From Methanocaldococcus indicus (lineage in GTDB: Archaea > AGJL01 > Methanococci > Methanococcales > Methanocaldococcaceae): a stretch of 64,000 nucleotides of DNA. Numbering within the stretch: the stretch's first letter is position 1; every line of letters starts with the position of its first letter. The notes under the pieces were generated by a model, which was not told where the DNA came from, searched no databases, and was given only the letters and a program-made list of their open reading frames with translations. The position numbers were made by a program, and so were the translations under genes. The stretch lies in the NCBI RefSeq assembly GCF_049554935.1, contig NZ_CP186926.1:448001-512000 (forward strand), given 5' to 3'. This document shows positions 42,373 to 51,899 of this stretch, one piece after another.

Positions 42373-43075
42373 GACACTGTCAAGTTAACGACTTCAACCA
42401 ATTGTAGAACATCATGAAACTTTTAATCCAGCTAACAACTGTATCGAATTTGCTGTTATTAGGAAACCTATTATAAAATGCTTTAGTTCTTCGTTTGAGT
42501 AGTGAGAAAAAGCTTTCTACACAATTTCTCAGTCCGAATCGGACTCTTTCAAATTCTAAACCCAATCTTTGCAATGCCCACGGATACCATCTTCCACCAT
42601 CGACCAAAATCTTCGGCTTATTAGAGCAAAATTTTAATATGCTCTTAACGAATAATATAGTATCGAGGTAGTTTCTTGTTTCAGAAATATAAACTCCCAA
42701 GCACTCTTTCGATTCAACATCAATAGCAGACCATACGTAAATAACTTCATTTCCAATCTTTAGTTTGGTCTCATCGATTGCAATTGCGTATCTTTCCTTT
42801 CTTTCAGGTTCGTTTAAAACCTCTTTAACCTTGTGATAATAAGTCCTAACCGACTCATGGCTTATACTTTCGAATTGGGAAAGAAACAAACTTACTTTCC
42901 TCAACGATAGTCCAAGGTAATACAAAATCCCAGCTAAGATTTTAACTTCTATCGACTTCTTATTCCTTTTAAAAATCTTCTCCTCTTCGATTCTCTCCTT
43001 TAAGACTTCTATCGTGAGCTTCATATTTTACTATTTTTTATCGATATATTAATAAAAGCTTAACTTGACACTCTC
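42373..43075 (-). mobile_element. IS6-family insertion sequence (703 bp) with 9-bp target duplication
   Basis: Same IRs as the 25922 copy; AGTCAATTC at 42364-42372 and 43076-43084. Confidence 0.93.
42380..43024 (-). CDS. IS6-family DDE transposase
   Basis: Near-identical to 25972-26616. Confidence 0.92.
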   Translation of the reverse strand: MKLTIEVLKERIEEEKIFKRNKKSIEVKILAGILYYLGLSLRKVSLFLSQFESISHESVRTYYHKVKEVLNEPERKERYAIAIDETKLKIGNEVIYVWSAIDVESKECLGVYISETRNYLDTILFVKSILKFCSNKPKILVDGGRWYPWALQRLGLEFERVRFGLRNCVESFFSLLKRRTKAFYNRFPNNSKFDTVVSWIKSFMMFYNWLKSLT

Positions 43076-43882
43076 AGTCAATTCGGATGACTTAGTAGAT
43101 TACTGCCTGGTTAGAACTTTAACCAAGATAAAGACAATTAAAGTAATATCTGAAGAGATTTTAAAAATTCATCGAACAACTCTAATCAAAAAACTTCAAA
43201 AGCTATCGGAAATTGAGAACTGCTTTTATACTCATCTACTAAACCTTCCCAACATTTTAAATAATCGTAAATTTAAATTTTCAATAATAATTGATTCAAC
43301 CTTATTGAGAAGATATAGTAAAAATGTATTTGTTTGGCAGTTCTATTAGATACAATTACGTAGAAAATCATAAAAAATTATATCAAGAACAAATAAACTG
43401 CTGTATTTTTAATAAAAAAAAAGGATTATACGATATACACCACAATAAAACCAAGGAATATTAAATCGACTGATGTATATTTAAGAATTATAGAATCAAT
43501 ATCTAAAATTATTAAGGGGACGGTCGTTGGTGATGGTTCTATAACAATAAAGAGAATTTTGAAGAGATGTAAAGAATTGGGAGTCGATTATATTGGTAGA
43601 ATCAGAAAAAACATAAAAATTGAGGTTTTTGGTAAAGAAGTTAAAATAGAAAATATGTTTAAAAAGGACTTCAACAAAAATAAAACTAAACTAAGGACTA
43701 TTAACGGAAAAAAGTTCAGAATATCCGAGAAAGTAGTTAATATTTCCGATGTTGGAAAGGTTAAAATAGTTGCAGTGTTAATGAAAGGAAAGAAAAAGAT
43801 TAAGTATTTGGTCTCGACAAATTATAAAAAGAAAGCTGAGGATATTATAAACGAATATTTAAAAAGATGTAAGATAGAAGAA

Positions 43883-43932
43883 TCAAACGAAAAACCTACG
43901 GTTTTTCGTAACTCGCCTGTTATCACAGGCGA
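43883..43932. repeat. 50-bp double-hairpin insertion
   Basis: ACGAAAAACC-TAC-GGTTTTTCGT and TCGCCTGT-TATC-ACAGGCGA; removal restores transposase frame. Confidence 0.75.
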
Positions 43933-44200
43933 AAGCATAGAAGGGATAAGTCGATTTTGGAGGTTGAAGGAAATTATTTATCCTCAGAAAGTGGGAATAT
44001 AGGATTTATTAAGTTAAGAGGAATACTATTTAATTGTATCGAATATTTAAGCTACAAAAATGGAATATCATTTTATAAAGTCATTAAAGAGTGTAGTAAA
44101 GAACTAATAAAGAACGGGTTATCGTAATCACACTGTCAGAAATAAAAATTTTTATATTCATTATACATAAAAATATTTAAAAAGTTTTTGGGGGAGAGAT

Positions 44201-45421
44201 ATGAACAAATATACCAAAGTCATTGGATTTGTTGCTTTATTTGGATTAATGAGTTGTGTGTTTGCTGAGGTCGTCAGTCCAAATAATGATGATATAGGGG
44301 AATTATTAAATAAAGCAGAGATATTTAAAAATAAAGGAGAATATGACATTGCAGTTGAATACTATAAAAAAGTTCTAGAAAAAGATGATAAAAATTTGGA
44401 AGCATTAAAATATATGGGATATTGTTTAAAGAATTTAGGAAGATTTAATGAAGCATTATACTATTTAAATAAATATTTAGAATTAAATCCCAATGATTCC
44501 TATGTGTTGGTTGATAAGGGATTTACACTTTGTGGTTTAGGCAAATATGATGAGGCAATTAAATGTTTCGATAAAGCGTTAGAATTAAATCCTAATAACC
44601 CTTATGCATGGATAGGTAAAGGGTTAGCATTTGGAAAATTAGGAAAATATGATGAAGCAAATGCATGCTTTAATAAAGCATTAGAATTAAATCCAAATAA
44701 TGCAAATATAATATTCAATATTGGGAATATGTATAAGAGTTTAGGATTGCCTGAAGTAGCAATTAAATATTACGATAGAGCATTGGAATTAAATCCAAAC
44801 CATTTTCTAGCATGGAAACACAAGGGTCTCGCACTTTATAGTTTAGGAAAATATGAGGAATCAATTAAATGTTTTGATAAGGCATTAGAACTAAAACCAG
44901 ACGTTTATTATCTATGGTACTATAAAGGTCGTTCTCTTGAAAAATTAGGAAAATATGAAGAAGCTCTGAAATGCTATGAAACAGCACTGAAATTAAACCC
45001 AAACTTTGAAAAAGCAAAAGATAGTAAAGAGAGGGTATTAAAAATACTAAATGAAAAAAACAAAGGAACACTAGAAATAACATCAAATCCTCCAAATGCT
45101 GACATATACATTAACGGAGAGTATAAAGGAACCACTCCAAAAACATTAACTCTTGAAAAAGGGACATACCAAATTAAAATTTTAAAAGATTATAGTTCAT
45201 ATACAAAAGTAATTGAAATTAAACCTGAAGAAACAAAAATAATTGATATAAGTCTTAAAGAAATTCCAAAAGAAACAGAAATAACAGAACAAGCATCAAC
45301 AAAAACAGCTCCTACAGAAACACAAACATCATTATACTTAATCTATGGAGGAATAGGATTATTAGCAATTTTCCTAATCTTAGGAGTAATCATCGCAACT
45401 AAAAAATTCAAATCCAAATAA
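44201..45421 (+). CDS. Secreted TPR-repeat protein with PEGA domain and C-terminal membrane anchor
   Basis: Signal peptide; about seven 34-aa repeats (YDEAIKCFDKALELNP); LEITSNPPNADIYINGEYKGTTP PEGA; Thr-rich linker, TM helix and basic tail. Confidence 0.88.
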   Translation: MNKYTKVIGFVALFGLMSCVFAEVVSPNNDDIGELLNKAEIFKNKGEYDIAVEYYKKVLEKDDKNLEALKYMGYCLKNLGRFNEALYYLNKYLELNPNDSYVLVDKGFTLCGLGKYDEAIKCFDKALELNPNNPYAWIGKGLAFGKLGKYDEANACFNKALELNPNNANIIFNIGNMYKSLGLPEVAIKYYDRALELNPNHFLAWKHKGLALYSLGKYEESIKCFDKALELKPDVYYLWYYKGRSLEKLGKYEEALKCYETALKLNPNFEKAKDSKERVLKILNEKNKGTLEITSNPPNADIYINGEYKGTTPKTLTLEKGTYQIKILKDYSSYTKVIEIKPEETKIIDISLKEIPKETEITEQASTKTAPTETQTSLYLIYGGIGLLAIFLILGVIIATKKFKSK

Positions 45422-45473
45422 AAGAAACAATATAAATCATAAAAAAACACTAAAGTCAATAATCTTAATTAAT

Positions 45474-45622
45474 TTAATCCCCAATTGTTGCTTTCAGCCA
45501 ATTATTTTTTAATAATAAATCTAAAGCATCATTTATATCTTAACAACTAATCTGAACTTAACAAGGTTTTTATCCAATCTCTTTCATCACCAATAACACA
45601 AATTCCTAAATCAGCATTTTTT
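45474..45622 (-). pseudogene. C-terminal fragment of HAD-family/soluble P-type ATPase-like gene
   Basis: Minus strand KNADLGICVIGDE...LLSSD / DINDALDLLL...LKAT with frameshifts; cut at the IS remnant starting 45626. Confidence 0.6.
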
Positions 45623-45625
45623 AAT

Positions 45626-45861
45626 CTGATAGTGTGAATTCTCTTTATCGATTTTAAAACCAAAAAATAAAATAGTACTGACCTAAATACTTCATCATTA
45701 ATAACATCATTAATAAAAATTAATAAAATGGTAATAAACCTATGCTATAAAGAATTACTTGTTAATAGTCTAAATACTTTAGATTTGGCAAATTCGGATG
45801 ACTTGGTAGATTACTATTTGGTTAGAACTTTAACTGAAATAAAAAAACTATTAAAGCAATA
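45626..45861 (+). mobile_element. Second left-end remnant of the DDE element
   Basis: CTGATAGTGTGAATTCTC...ATCGATTTTAAAACCAAAAAATAAAATAGTA...AATTCGGATGACTTGGTAGATTACT...TTAAAG. Confidence 0.82.
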
Positions 45862-45985
45862 AAAGATTTGAATTATTAGTCTTTAAAATAATGGAGAATG
45901 TTTTATTTTATATTTATTTAAATGAGGATAAAGTTTTAATAATTTATTTAACTATTTTTCTCAAATTAAATTTTATATTAAACAT

Positions 45986-46894
45986 GTGAGAACAATGATA
46001 GCAACAGTAGGGCATACAGCTTTGGATTATATATTTAATGTAGAAAAGTTTCCTGAGCCAAATACCTCTATACAAATACCAACAGCAAAAAAATACTATG
46101 GAGGAGCAGCTGCTAATGTAGCAGTGGGAATAAAAAAGTTAGGAGTAGATTCTAAGCTTATATCTTGTGTTGGTTATGATTTTGAATATCTTAATAACTA
46201 TAAAAAATACTTAGAAGATTTAGGAGTTGATATATCTTCTTTATACTATTCAAATGAAGAAGAAACACCAAAAGCTTGGATATTCACAGATAAAGATAAT
46301 AACCAGATGACTTTCTTCCTATGGGGAGCAAGTAAGCATTTTGTTGAATTGAATCCAAAAATAGATAATGCAAAAATAATACATTTAGCAACAGGTGAGC
46401 CAAAATATAACTTAAAAGTAGCTGAAACTAACAACAAATGTATAATTTCTTTTGACCCTGGGCAAGATTTACCAAAGTATGATAAAGATTTATTATTAAA
46501 TATTATAAAAAATACTAACATTTTATTTTTTAATAAGTATGAATTTGAAAGAGCTTCAAAATTGTTGGGGTTTAATAAAGAGGATTATTTAGAATATGTT
46601 GATGTATTTGTAATTACTAAGGGTTCAGAAGGTTCTGAGATAATAACAAAAGACAAAGAGAAGATATTTATCCCAGCTATAAAAACAATAGCTATTGACC
46701 CAACAGGAGCAGGAGATGCTTATAAAGCAGGATTTTTAGTTGGTTATTATAAAGGATATGATTTAGAGAAATGTGGTTTGATTGGAGCTGCAACTGCTTC
46801 TTTCGTTGTTGAAAAGAAAGGATGCCAAACAAATTTACCAAGTTGGAAGGAAGTTATAGAAAGATTAAAAAAACATGGATATGTGATAGAATGA
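45986..46894 (+). CDS. PfkB/ribokinase-family kinase (nucleoside kinase)
   Basis: GHTALDY, YGGAAANVA, FDPGQ, DPTGAGDAY. Confidence 0.9.
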   Translation: MRTMIATVGHTALDYIFNVEKFPEPNTSIQIPTAKKYYGGAAANVAVGIKKLGVDSKLISCVGYDFEYLNNYKKYLEDLGVDISSLYYSNEEETPKAWIFTDKDNNQMTFFLWGASKHFVELNPKIDNAKIIHLATGEPKYNLKVAETNNKCIISFDPGQDLPKYDKDLLLNIIKNTNILFFNKYEFERASKLLGFNKEDYLEYVDVFVITKGSEGSEIITKDKEKIFIPAIKTIAIDPTGAGDAYKAGFLVGYYKGYDLEKCGLIGAATASFVVEKKGCQTNLPSWKEVIERLKKHGYVIE

Positions 46895-47796
46895 TAGATA
46901 AAATTTATCAGCTAAAAGAAGAAAAAAATGCAGTTATATTAGCTCATAACTATCAACCAGCAGAAATACAAAAAATAGCTGATTTTGTTGGAGATTCTTT
47001 GGAATTATGTATAAAAGCAAAAGAGACAGATGCAGATATTATAGTTTTCTGTGGAGTAGATTTTATGGCTGAAACAGCAAAAATTTTAAATCCTGAAAAA
47101 ACTGTCCTCCTTCCAGAAATAAAAAATACTCAATGCCCTATGGCACATCAACTACCTAAGGAAACTATTTTAAAATATAAAGAAAGATATAAAGCTCCTT
47201 TAGTTGTATATATAAATACAACTGCTGAAACAAAGGCTTATGCAGATATAATTTGTACATCAGCAAATGCTCCAAAGGTTGTAGAGAGTTTAGATTCAGA
47301 TATTGTTTTATTTGGCCCAGATAAAAATTTAGCTTATTATGTTAAAAAAGAGACAAAAAAGGAAGTAATTCCAATTCCAGAGGATGGAGGTTGTTATGTT
47401 CATCAAAAATTTACATTAGAAGATGTAAAAAGAGCTAAAAAAGAGCATGATGCTATATTGTTGGTTCATCCTGAATGTAACCCAGAAATTCAGGAAGAAG
47501 CAGATTATATACTAAGTACAAGTGGTATGGTTAAAAAGGTTTTAGAACTTGATAACAAGAAGTTTATTATTGGAACTGAAATAGGATTAATAGATAGAAT
47601 TAAATTAGAGTTAGAAAAGAAAGGATTAGAAAAAGAACTTATTCCATTAAATAAAAATGCTATTTGTAATGAGATGAAACAAATAACTTTAGAAAAGCTA
47701 TATAATGCATTAAAAGAAGAAAAATATAAAGTGGAATTAAATAGAGAGATTATGGATAAAGCAAGAGTAGCTATTGAAAGAATGCTTAACTTATAA
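46891..47796 (+). CDS. nadA: Quinolinate synthase
   Basis: LAHNYQ, GDSL, FCGVDFMAE, CPMA, YINT, CTSAN, CYVH, HPEC, CNEMK; ATG at 46891. Confidence 0.95.
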   Translation: MIDKIYQLKEEKNAVILAHNYQPAEIQKIADFVGDSLELCIKAKETDADIIVFCGVDFMAETAKILNPEKTVLLPEIKNTQCPMAHQLPKETILKYKERYKAPLVVYINTTAETKAYADIICTSANAPKVVESLDSDIVLFGPDKNLAYYVKKETKKEVIPIPEDGGCYVHQKFTLEDVKRAKKEHDAILLVHPECNPEIQEEADYILSTSGMVKKVLELDNKKFIIGTEIGLIDRIKLELEKKGLEKELIPLNKNAICNEMKQITLEKLYNALKEEKYKVELNREIMDKARVAIERMLNL

Positions 47797-47814
47797 AATT
47801 TTAAAAACTTCTTT

Positions 47815-47873
47815 TTCCGATGATGAGATTCATAAGCTGATTTATGATGAACCCTTTCGGGGTATCTGAGGGA
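47815..47873 (+). ncRNA. Box C/D methylation guide sRNA
   Basis: Perfect C (ATGATGA 47820), D' (CTGA 47837), C' (ATGATGA 47844), D (CTGA 47866), terminal stem TTCC/GGGA. Confidence 0.9.
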
Positions 47874-48059
47874 TGTAATTAATACATATTGATAAAATAA
47901 TTTATATTTTTATCTGTCTTTATCATTAGATGTATTAAAATAATAATTGTTAATGTTAATATAGTTATTAAAATTAATATATGAAGTTGCAAATGTATAA
48001 AAACACAAATAAGATAAACTATAAAAATGGCTAAAAATAAAACTATTAATGTGATTATT

Positions 48060-48908
48060 ATGGTGAGAAAAGCAATTATACCAGTAGCTGGATTTGGGAC
48101 AAGGTTACTTCCTCTAACAAAAGCACAACCAAAAGAAATGTTGCCAGTTGTTGATAAACCAGTTGTTCAGTATGTAGTTGAAGATTTGGTTTCAGCAGGA
48201 GTTAATAATATTTTATTTGTTACTGGAAAAGGTAAGCAAGCTATTGAGAACCATTTTGATAAAAACTATGAGTTAGAATGCAAATTAAAAGAATCCAATA
48301 AGTTAGATTTGTTGGAGAAGATTAAGAAGATTGACGAAATGGTAAATATATTTTATGTGAGACAGAAAGAACAGAAAGGATTGGGAGATGCTATTTTATA
48401 TGGAAAGGAATTTGTTGGAGATGAGTATTTTGTTGCTATGGTTGGAGATACTATATACTCTAAAAATATTGTTGAAGATTTAATAAAAGCTCATAAAAAA
48501 TATAATTGTTCAGTTATTGCCTTAGAAAGAGTCCCAAGAGAGGTAGTTCATAAGTATGGTGTAGTTGAAATTAAAGATAATAACAATGGTGTTTATGAGA
48601 TTGTAGATATGGTAGAAAAGCCAAGTGTTGAAGAAGCTCCATCAAATTTAATAATAACAGGAGCTTATATACTATCACCTAAGATATTTGAAATATTAAA
48701 AAATACTAAACCTGGTAGAGGTGGAGAGATACAACTTACTGATGCCATGAGAACTCTATTAGAAGAGGAGAAAATTGTTGGAGTTGAGATTAACTGTAAG
48801 AGGTATGATATTGGAGATATTTTTAGTTGGTTAAAGGCAAATGTTGAAATAGCTTATGAAAAATATCCAGAGTTTAGAGAATTTTTAATAAATCTTATAA
48901 ATAAGTAG
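48060..48908 (+). CDS. galU: UTP-glucose-1-phosphate uridylyltransferase
   Basis: KAIIPVAGFGTRLLP..KAQPKEMLP, GLGDA, VEKP, GGEIQLTDA. Confidence 0.94.
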   Translation: MVRKAIIPVAGFGTRLLPLTKAQPKEMLPVVDKPVVQYVVEDLVSAGVNNILFVTGKGKQAIENHFDKNYELECKLKESNKLDLLEKIKKIDEMVNIFYVRQKEQKGLGDAILYGKEFVGDEYFVAMVGDTIYSKNIVEDLIKAHKKYNCSVIALERVPREVVHKYGVVEIKDNNNGVYEIVDMVEKPSVEEAPSNLIITGAYILSPKIFEILKNTKPGRGGEIQLTDAMRTLLEEEKIVGVEINCKRYDIGDIFSWLKANVEIAYEKYPEFREFLINLINK

Positions 48909-48962
48909 AATTTATTTTTAATTTCAAACTTTTTTAATATATCTTTTTTAGGGGAGATAATA

Positions 48963-50417
48963 ATGAATATTTTGAGAAGAGGTAGATTAAAAAATATTAG
49001 AGAGGATGTGGCAAAATATACAACAAGCTTAGAATTTGATAAAGAGATTTTTGAAGCAGATATTTTATGTGATATTGCCCATGTTATTATGTTGTATGAG
49101 CAGGGAATAATAAAGAAAGAGCATGCTAAAAAGATTATTGATGGTTTAAGAGAGATTTACAAAAAAGGGATGGAAAACTTAAACTTAGACCCTTCTTTGG
49201 ATGATATTCATATGGTTATTGAATCAGAATTAATTAATATGCTTGGAGAAGATGTAGCTGGAAGATTACACACTGGAAGAAGTAGAAATGACCAAGTTGC
49301 AACTGATTTAAGATTAGCTTTAAGAGAGAGAATTTTAGAGATATTAGAGTTGTTAGTTGATATGTTAAAAGATATTTTAGAGCTTGCAAAGGAGCATAAA
49401 GAAACTATAACAGTTGGATATACTCATTTACAACATGCTCAGCCAACAACTTATGCTCATCATTTATTAAGCTACTTTTCATCATTAGAGAGAGATATAC
49501 AGAGATTGTTAGATTGCTATAAAAGAATAAATATTTCTCCTCTTGGTTCTGGTGCATTAGCTACAACAGGATTCAATATAAGTAGAGAGAGAACTAAGAA
49601 GTTATTGGGATTTGATGCTTTAATAGAGAACTCTATGGATGCAGTATCAACAAGAGATTTTATTTTAGAGACATTATCTAATTTATCTATTTTAGGAACT
49701 AACTTATCTAAGATTTGTGAAGAGTTAGTTTTATTTTCAACTTATGAATTTAATACATTGGAAATAGATGATGCATTTTGCTCAACATCCTCAATAATGC
49801 CCCAAAAGAAGAATCCTGATGTAGCAGAGATAGCAAGAGCTAAACTCTCTAAATTAAATGGAAATTTAATATCTGCATTAACAATTTTAAAAGCTCTACC
49901 TAATACATACAATAGAGATTTGCAAGAAATCTCACCAATATTATGGGATTCAATTAATATAGTAAGAGACACAATTAAGATGGTTAATGGAATGTTAAAA
50001 ACAATAAAGGTTAATAAAGATAGGATGTTAGAACTTGCCAATGCAAACTATTCTACTGCAACAGAGTTGGCAGATACATTAGTTAGGGAGTTAGATATTC
50101 CTTTTAGAAAAGCTCATGGAATTGTTGGAGAAGCTGTAAGAAAAAGTCTTGAGAAGAAAAGAGATTTAGAAGAGGTAGTTGTTGAAGTATTAGAAAAATA
50201 TAATTTAAAAATAGATAAGGAAAAAATTAAAAAAGCTTTAAATCCTTATGAAAATGTTAAAATGAGGAAAGTTATTGGAGGACCTTCTCCAGAAGAAGTT
50301 GAAAAAAGAATAAAAATTTTTAGTGAGAGAGTTAATAACTATGATGACATTATTAAGAATAAGTTAGAAAAGATAAATGAAGTTAAAAATAATTTAATTA
50401 ACTTTAATATTGAATAA
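48963..50417 (+). CDS. argH: Argininosuccinate lyase
   Basis: HTGRSRNDQ, GYTHLQHAQP, SSIMPQKKNPD, YNRDLQE. Confidence 0.96.
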   Translation: MNILRRGRLKNIREDVAKYTTSLEFDKEIFEADILCDIAHVIMLYEQGIIKKEHAKKIIDGLREIYKKGMENLNLDPSLDDIHMVIESELINMLGEDVAGRLHTGRSRNDQVATDLRLALRERILEILELLVDMLKDILELAKEHKETITVGYTHLQHAQPTTYAHHLLSYFSSLERDIQRLLDCYKRINISPLGSGALATTGFNISRERTKKLLGFDALIENSMDAVSTRDFILETLSNLSILGTNLSKICEELVLFSTYEFNTLEIDDAFCSTSSIMPQKKNPDVAEIARAKLSKLNGNLISALTILKALPNTYNRDLQEISPILWDSINIVRDTIKMVNGMLKTIKVNKDRMLELANANYSTATELADTLVRELDIPFRKAHGIVGEAVRKSLEKKRDLEEVVVEVLEKYNLKIDKEKIKKALNPYENVKMRKVIGGPSPEEVEKRIKIFSERVNNYDDIIKNKLEKINEVKNNLINFNIE

Positions 50418-50537
50418 TATAATTTTATGCAAATAGTTTTAATACTTTTTATTTGCTATTTTATTCATAAAAAACTGGAAATTTATATAATAAATGACTA
50501 TTATAATTTTTAAACTCTAAATATTTAAGGTGATACA

Positions 50538-51770
50538 ATGGGAAGAAAAAGAGTAAAACAAGCAGAGGTAAATATTGGAATGGTTGGACATGTTGACCAT
50601 GGTAAAACAAGTTTAACAAAGGCATTAACAGGAGTATGGACAGATAGACATAGTGAAGAGCTAAGAAGAGGAATATCCATAAGGTTAGGTTATGCTGATT
50701 GTGAGATAAGAAAATGTCCTGAATGTGGAACATACACTACAAAACCAAGATGTCCAAACTGTTTAGCTGAAACAAAATTTTTAAGAAGAGTTTCTTTTGT
50801 AGATTCACCAGGACATGAGACATTAATGGCTACAATGTTGTCAGGAGCTTCTTTAATGGATGGAGCTATCTTAGTTATAGCTGCAAATGAACCTTGCCCA
50901 CAACCACAAACAAAAGAGCATTTAATGGCTTTGGAGATTTTAGGGATTAAAAATATTGTTATAGTTCAAAATAAGATTGATTTAGTAGATGAAGAACAAG
51001 CTTTAAAGAACTATGAAGAAATTAAAGAGTTTGTTAAAGGAACAGTTGCAGAAAATGCACCAATAATTCCTGTTTCTGCACACCATGAGGCAAATATTGA
51101 TGTTCTATTAAGAGCTATTCAGGAGTGTATTCCTACTCCTAAGAGAGACCCAAAAGCAACTCCAAGGATGTATGTTGCAAGAAGTTTTGATATAAACAAG
51201 CCAGGAACTCCAATAAAGGATTTAAAAGGTGGAGTTTTAGGAGGAGCTATAATTCAAGGAGAGTTTAAAGTTGGAGATGAAATTGAAATAAGACCTGGAA
51301 TTAAAGTAACAGAAGAAAATAAAACATTCTGGAAACCTTTAAGAACAAAAATTGTCTCATTAGCTGCTGGAAATACAATTCTTAAAAAAGCTCATCCAGG
51401 AGGATTAATTGGAGTTGGAACAGAGTTAGACCCCTATTTAACAAAATCAGATGCTCTAACAGGTAGTGTTGTTGGATTACCTGGAACTTTACCTCCTATA
51501 AGAGAAAAAATAACAGTAAGAGTAAATCTATTAGATAGAGTTGTAGGTAGTAAAGATGAATTAAAGATAGAGCCATTAAGAACAGGAGAAGTATTGATGT
51601 TAAATATTGGAACTACAACAACAGTAGGGGTTATTACATCAGCAAGAGAAGATATAGCAGATATTAGATTAAAATTACCTGTTTGTGCAGATATTGGAGA
51701 TAGAGTGGCATTAAGTAGGAGAGTAGGCTCAAGATGGAGACTAATTGGTTATGGAACTATTGAAGGATAA
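50538..51770 (+). CDS. eif2g: Translation initiation factor 2 gamma subunit
   Basis: [17 protein letters not shown], Zn knuckle, DSPGH, NKID, WRLIGYG. Confidence 0.97.
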   Translation: MGRKRVKQAEVNIGMVGHVDHGKTSLTKALTGVWTDRHSEELRRGISIRLGYADCEIRKCPECGTYTTKPRCPNCLAETKFLRRVSFVDSPGHETLMATMLSGASLMDGAILVIAANEPCPQPQTKEHLMALEILGIKNIVIVQNKIDLVDEEQALKNYEEIKEFVKGTVAENAPIIPVSAHHEANIDVLLRAIQECIPTPKRDPKATPRMYVARSFDINKPGTPIKDLKGGVLGGAIIQGEFKVGDEIEIRPGIKVTEENKTFWKPLRTKIVSLAAGNTILKKAHPGGLIGVGTELDPYLTKSDALTGSVVGLPGTLPPIREKITVRVNLLDRVVGSKDELKIEPLRTGEVLMLNIGTTTTVGVITSAREDIADIRLKLPVCADIGDRVALSRRVGSRWRLIGYGTIEG

Positions 51771-51864
51771 TGTCTATGGCATTTCCGAGCGTAGCGAGGC
51801 AATACATCCATGGGGGTATGCCAATAGGCGGAGCCCTATGGTTGGTGGAACTATTGAAGGACAA
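51752..51864. repeat. GC-rich palindromic mini-element (75 bp) between 19-bp direct repeats of the eif2g 3' end
   Basis: TGGAACTATTGAAGGA(T/C)AA at 51752-51770 and 51846-51864; inner hairpins around GAGCGTAGCGA and GGCGGAGCC. Confidence 0.75.
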
Positions 51865-51899
51865 TTTTTAAATTTTTTAAATTTTGTGAGGGTAGATAA

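Larger units (their letters stand above)
42311..44127 (+). pseudogene. Disrupted DDE transposase (IS6 insertion, frameshifts, 50-bp insertion)
   Basis: MLTTLKELL...VNSDDLVDYC, IIIDST, VVGDGS, YIGRIRKN, YLVSTN, Y-x2-R-x3-E-x6-K after removing 43883-43932. Confidence 0.8.
42220..44139 (+). mobile_element. Decayed IS701/IS4-like DDE insertion sequence hosting a nested IS6
   Basis: Terminal IRs CTGATAGTGTGA / TCACACTGTCAG enclosing transposase fragments. Confidence 0.8.

Noticed and set aside
25922-43075. Composite transposon bounded by the two inverted IS6 copies
   Set aside because: The enclosed DNA is housekeeping (gatA, rpl11, spt5, ribB), and the second copy has its own intact 9-bp duplication, so it inserted independently
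43065-44002. ORFs 43065-43349 and 43559-44002 as separate genes
   Set aside because: Fragments of one disrupted transposase
44400-45010. Recurring GAATTAAATCC at about 102-bp spacing as a CRISPR-like array
   Set aside because: It is the coding periodicity of 34-aa TPR repeats. I saw no CRISPR array, cas gene, tRNA or rRNA in the window
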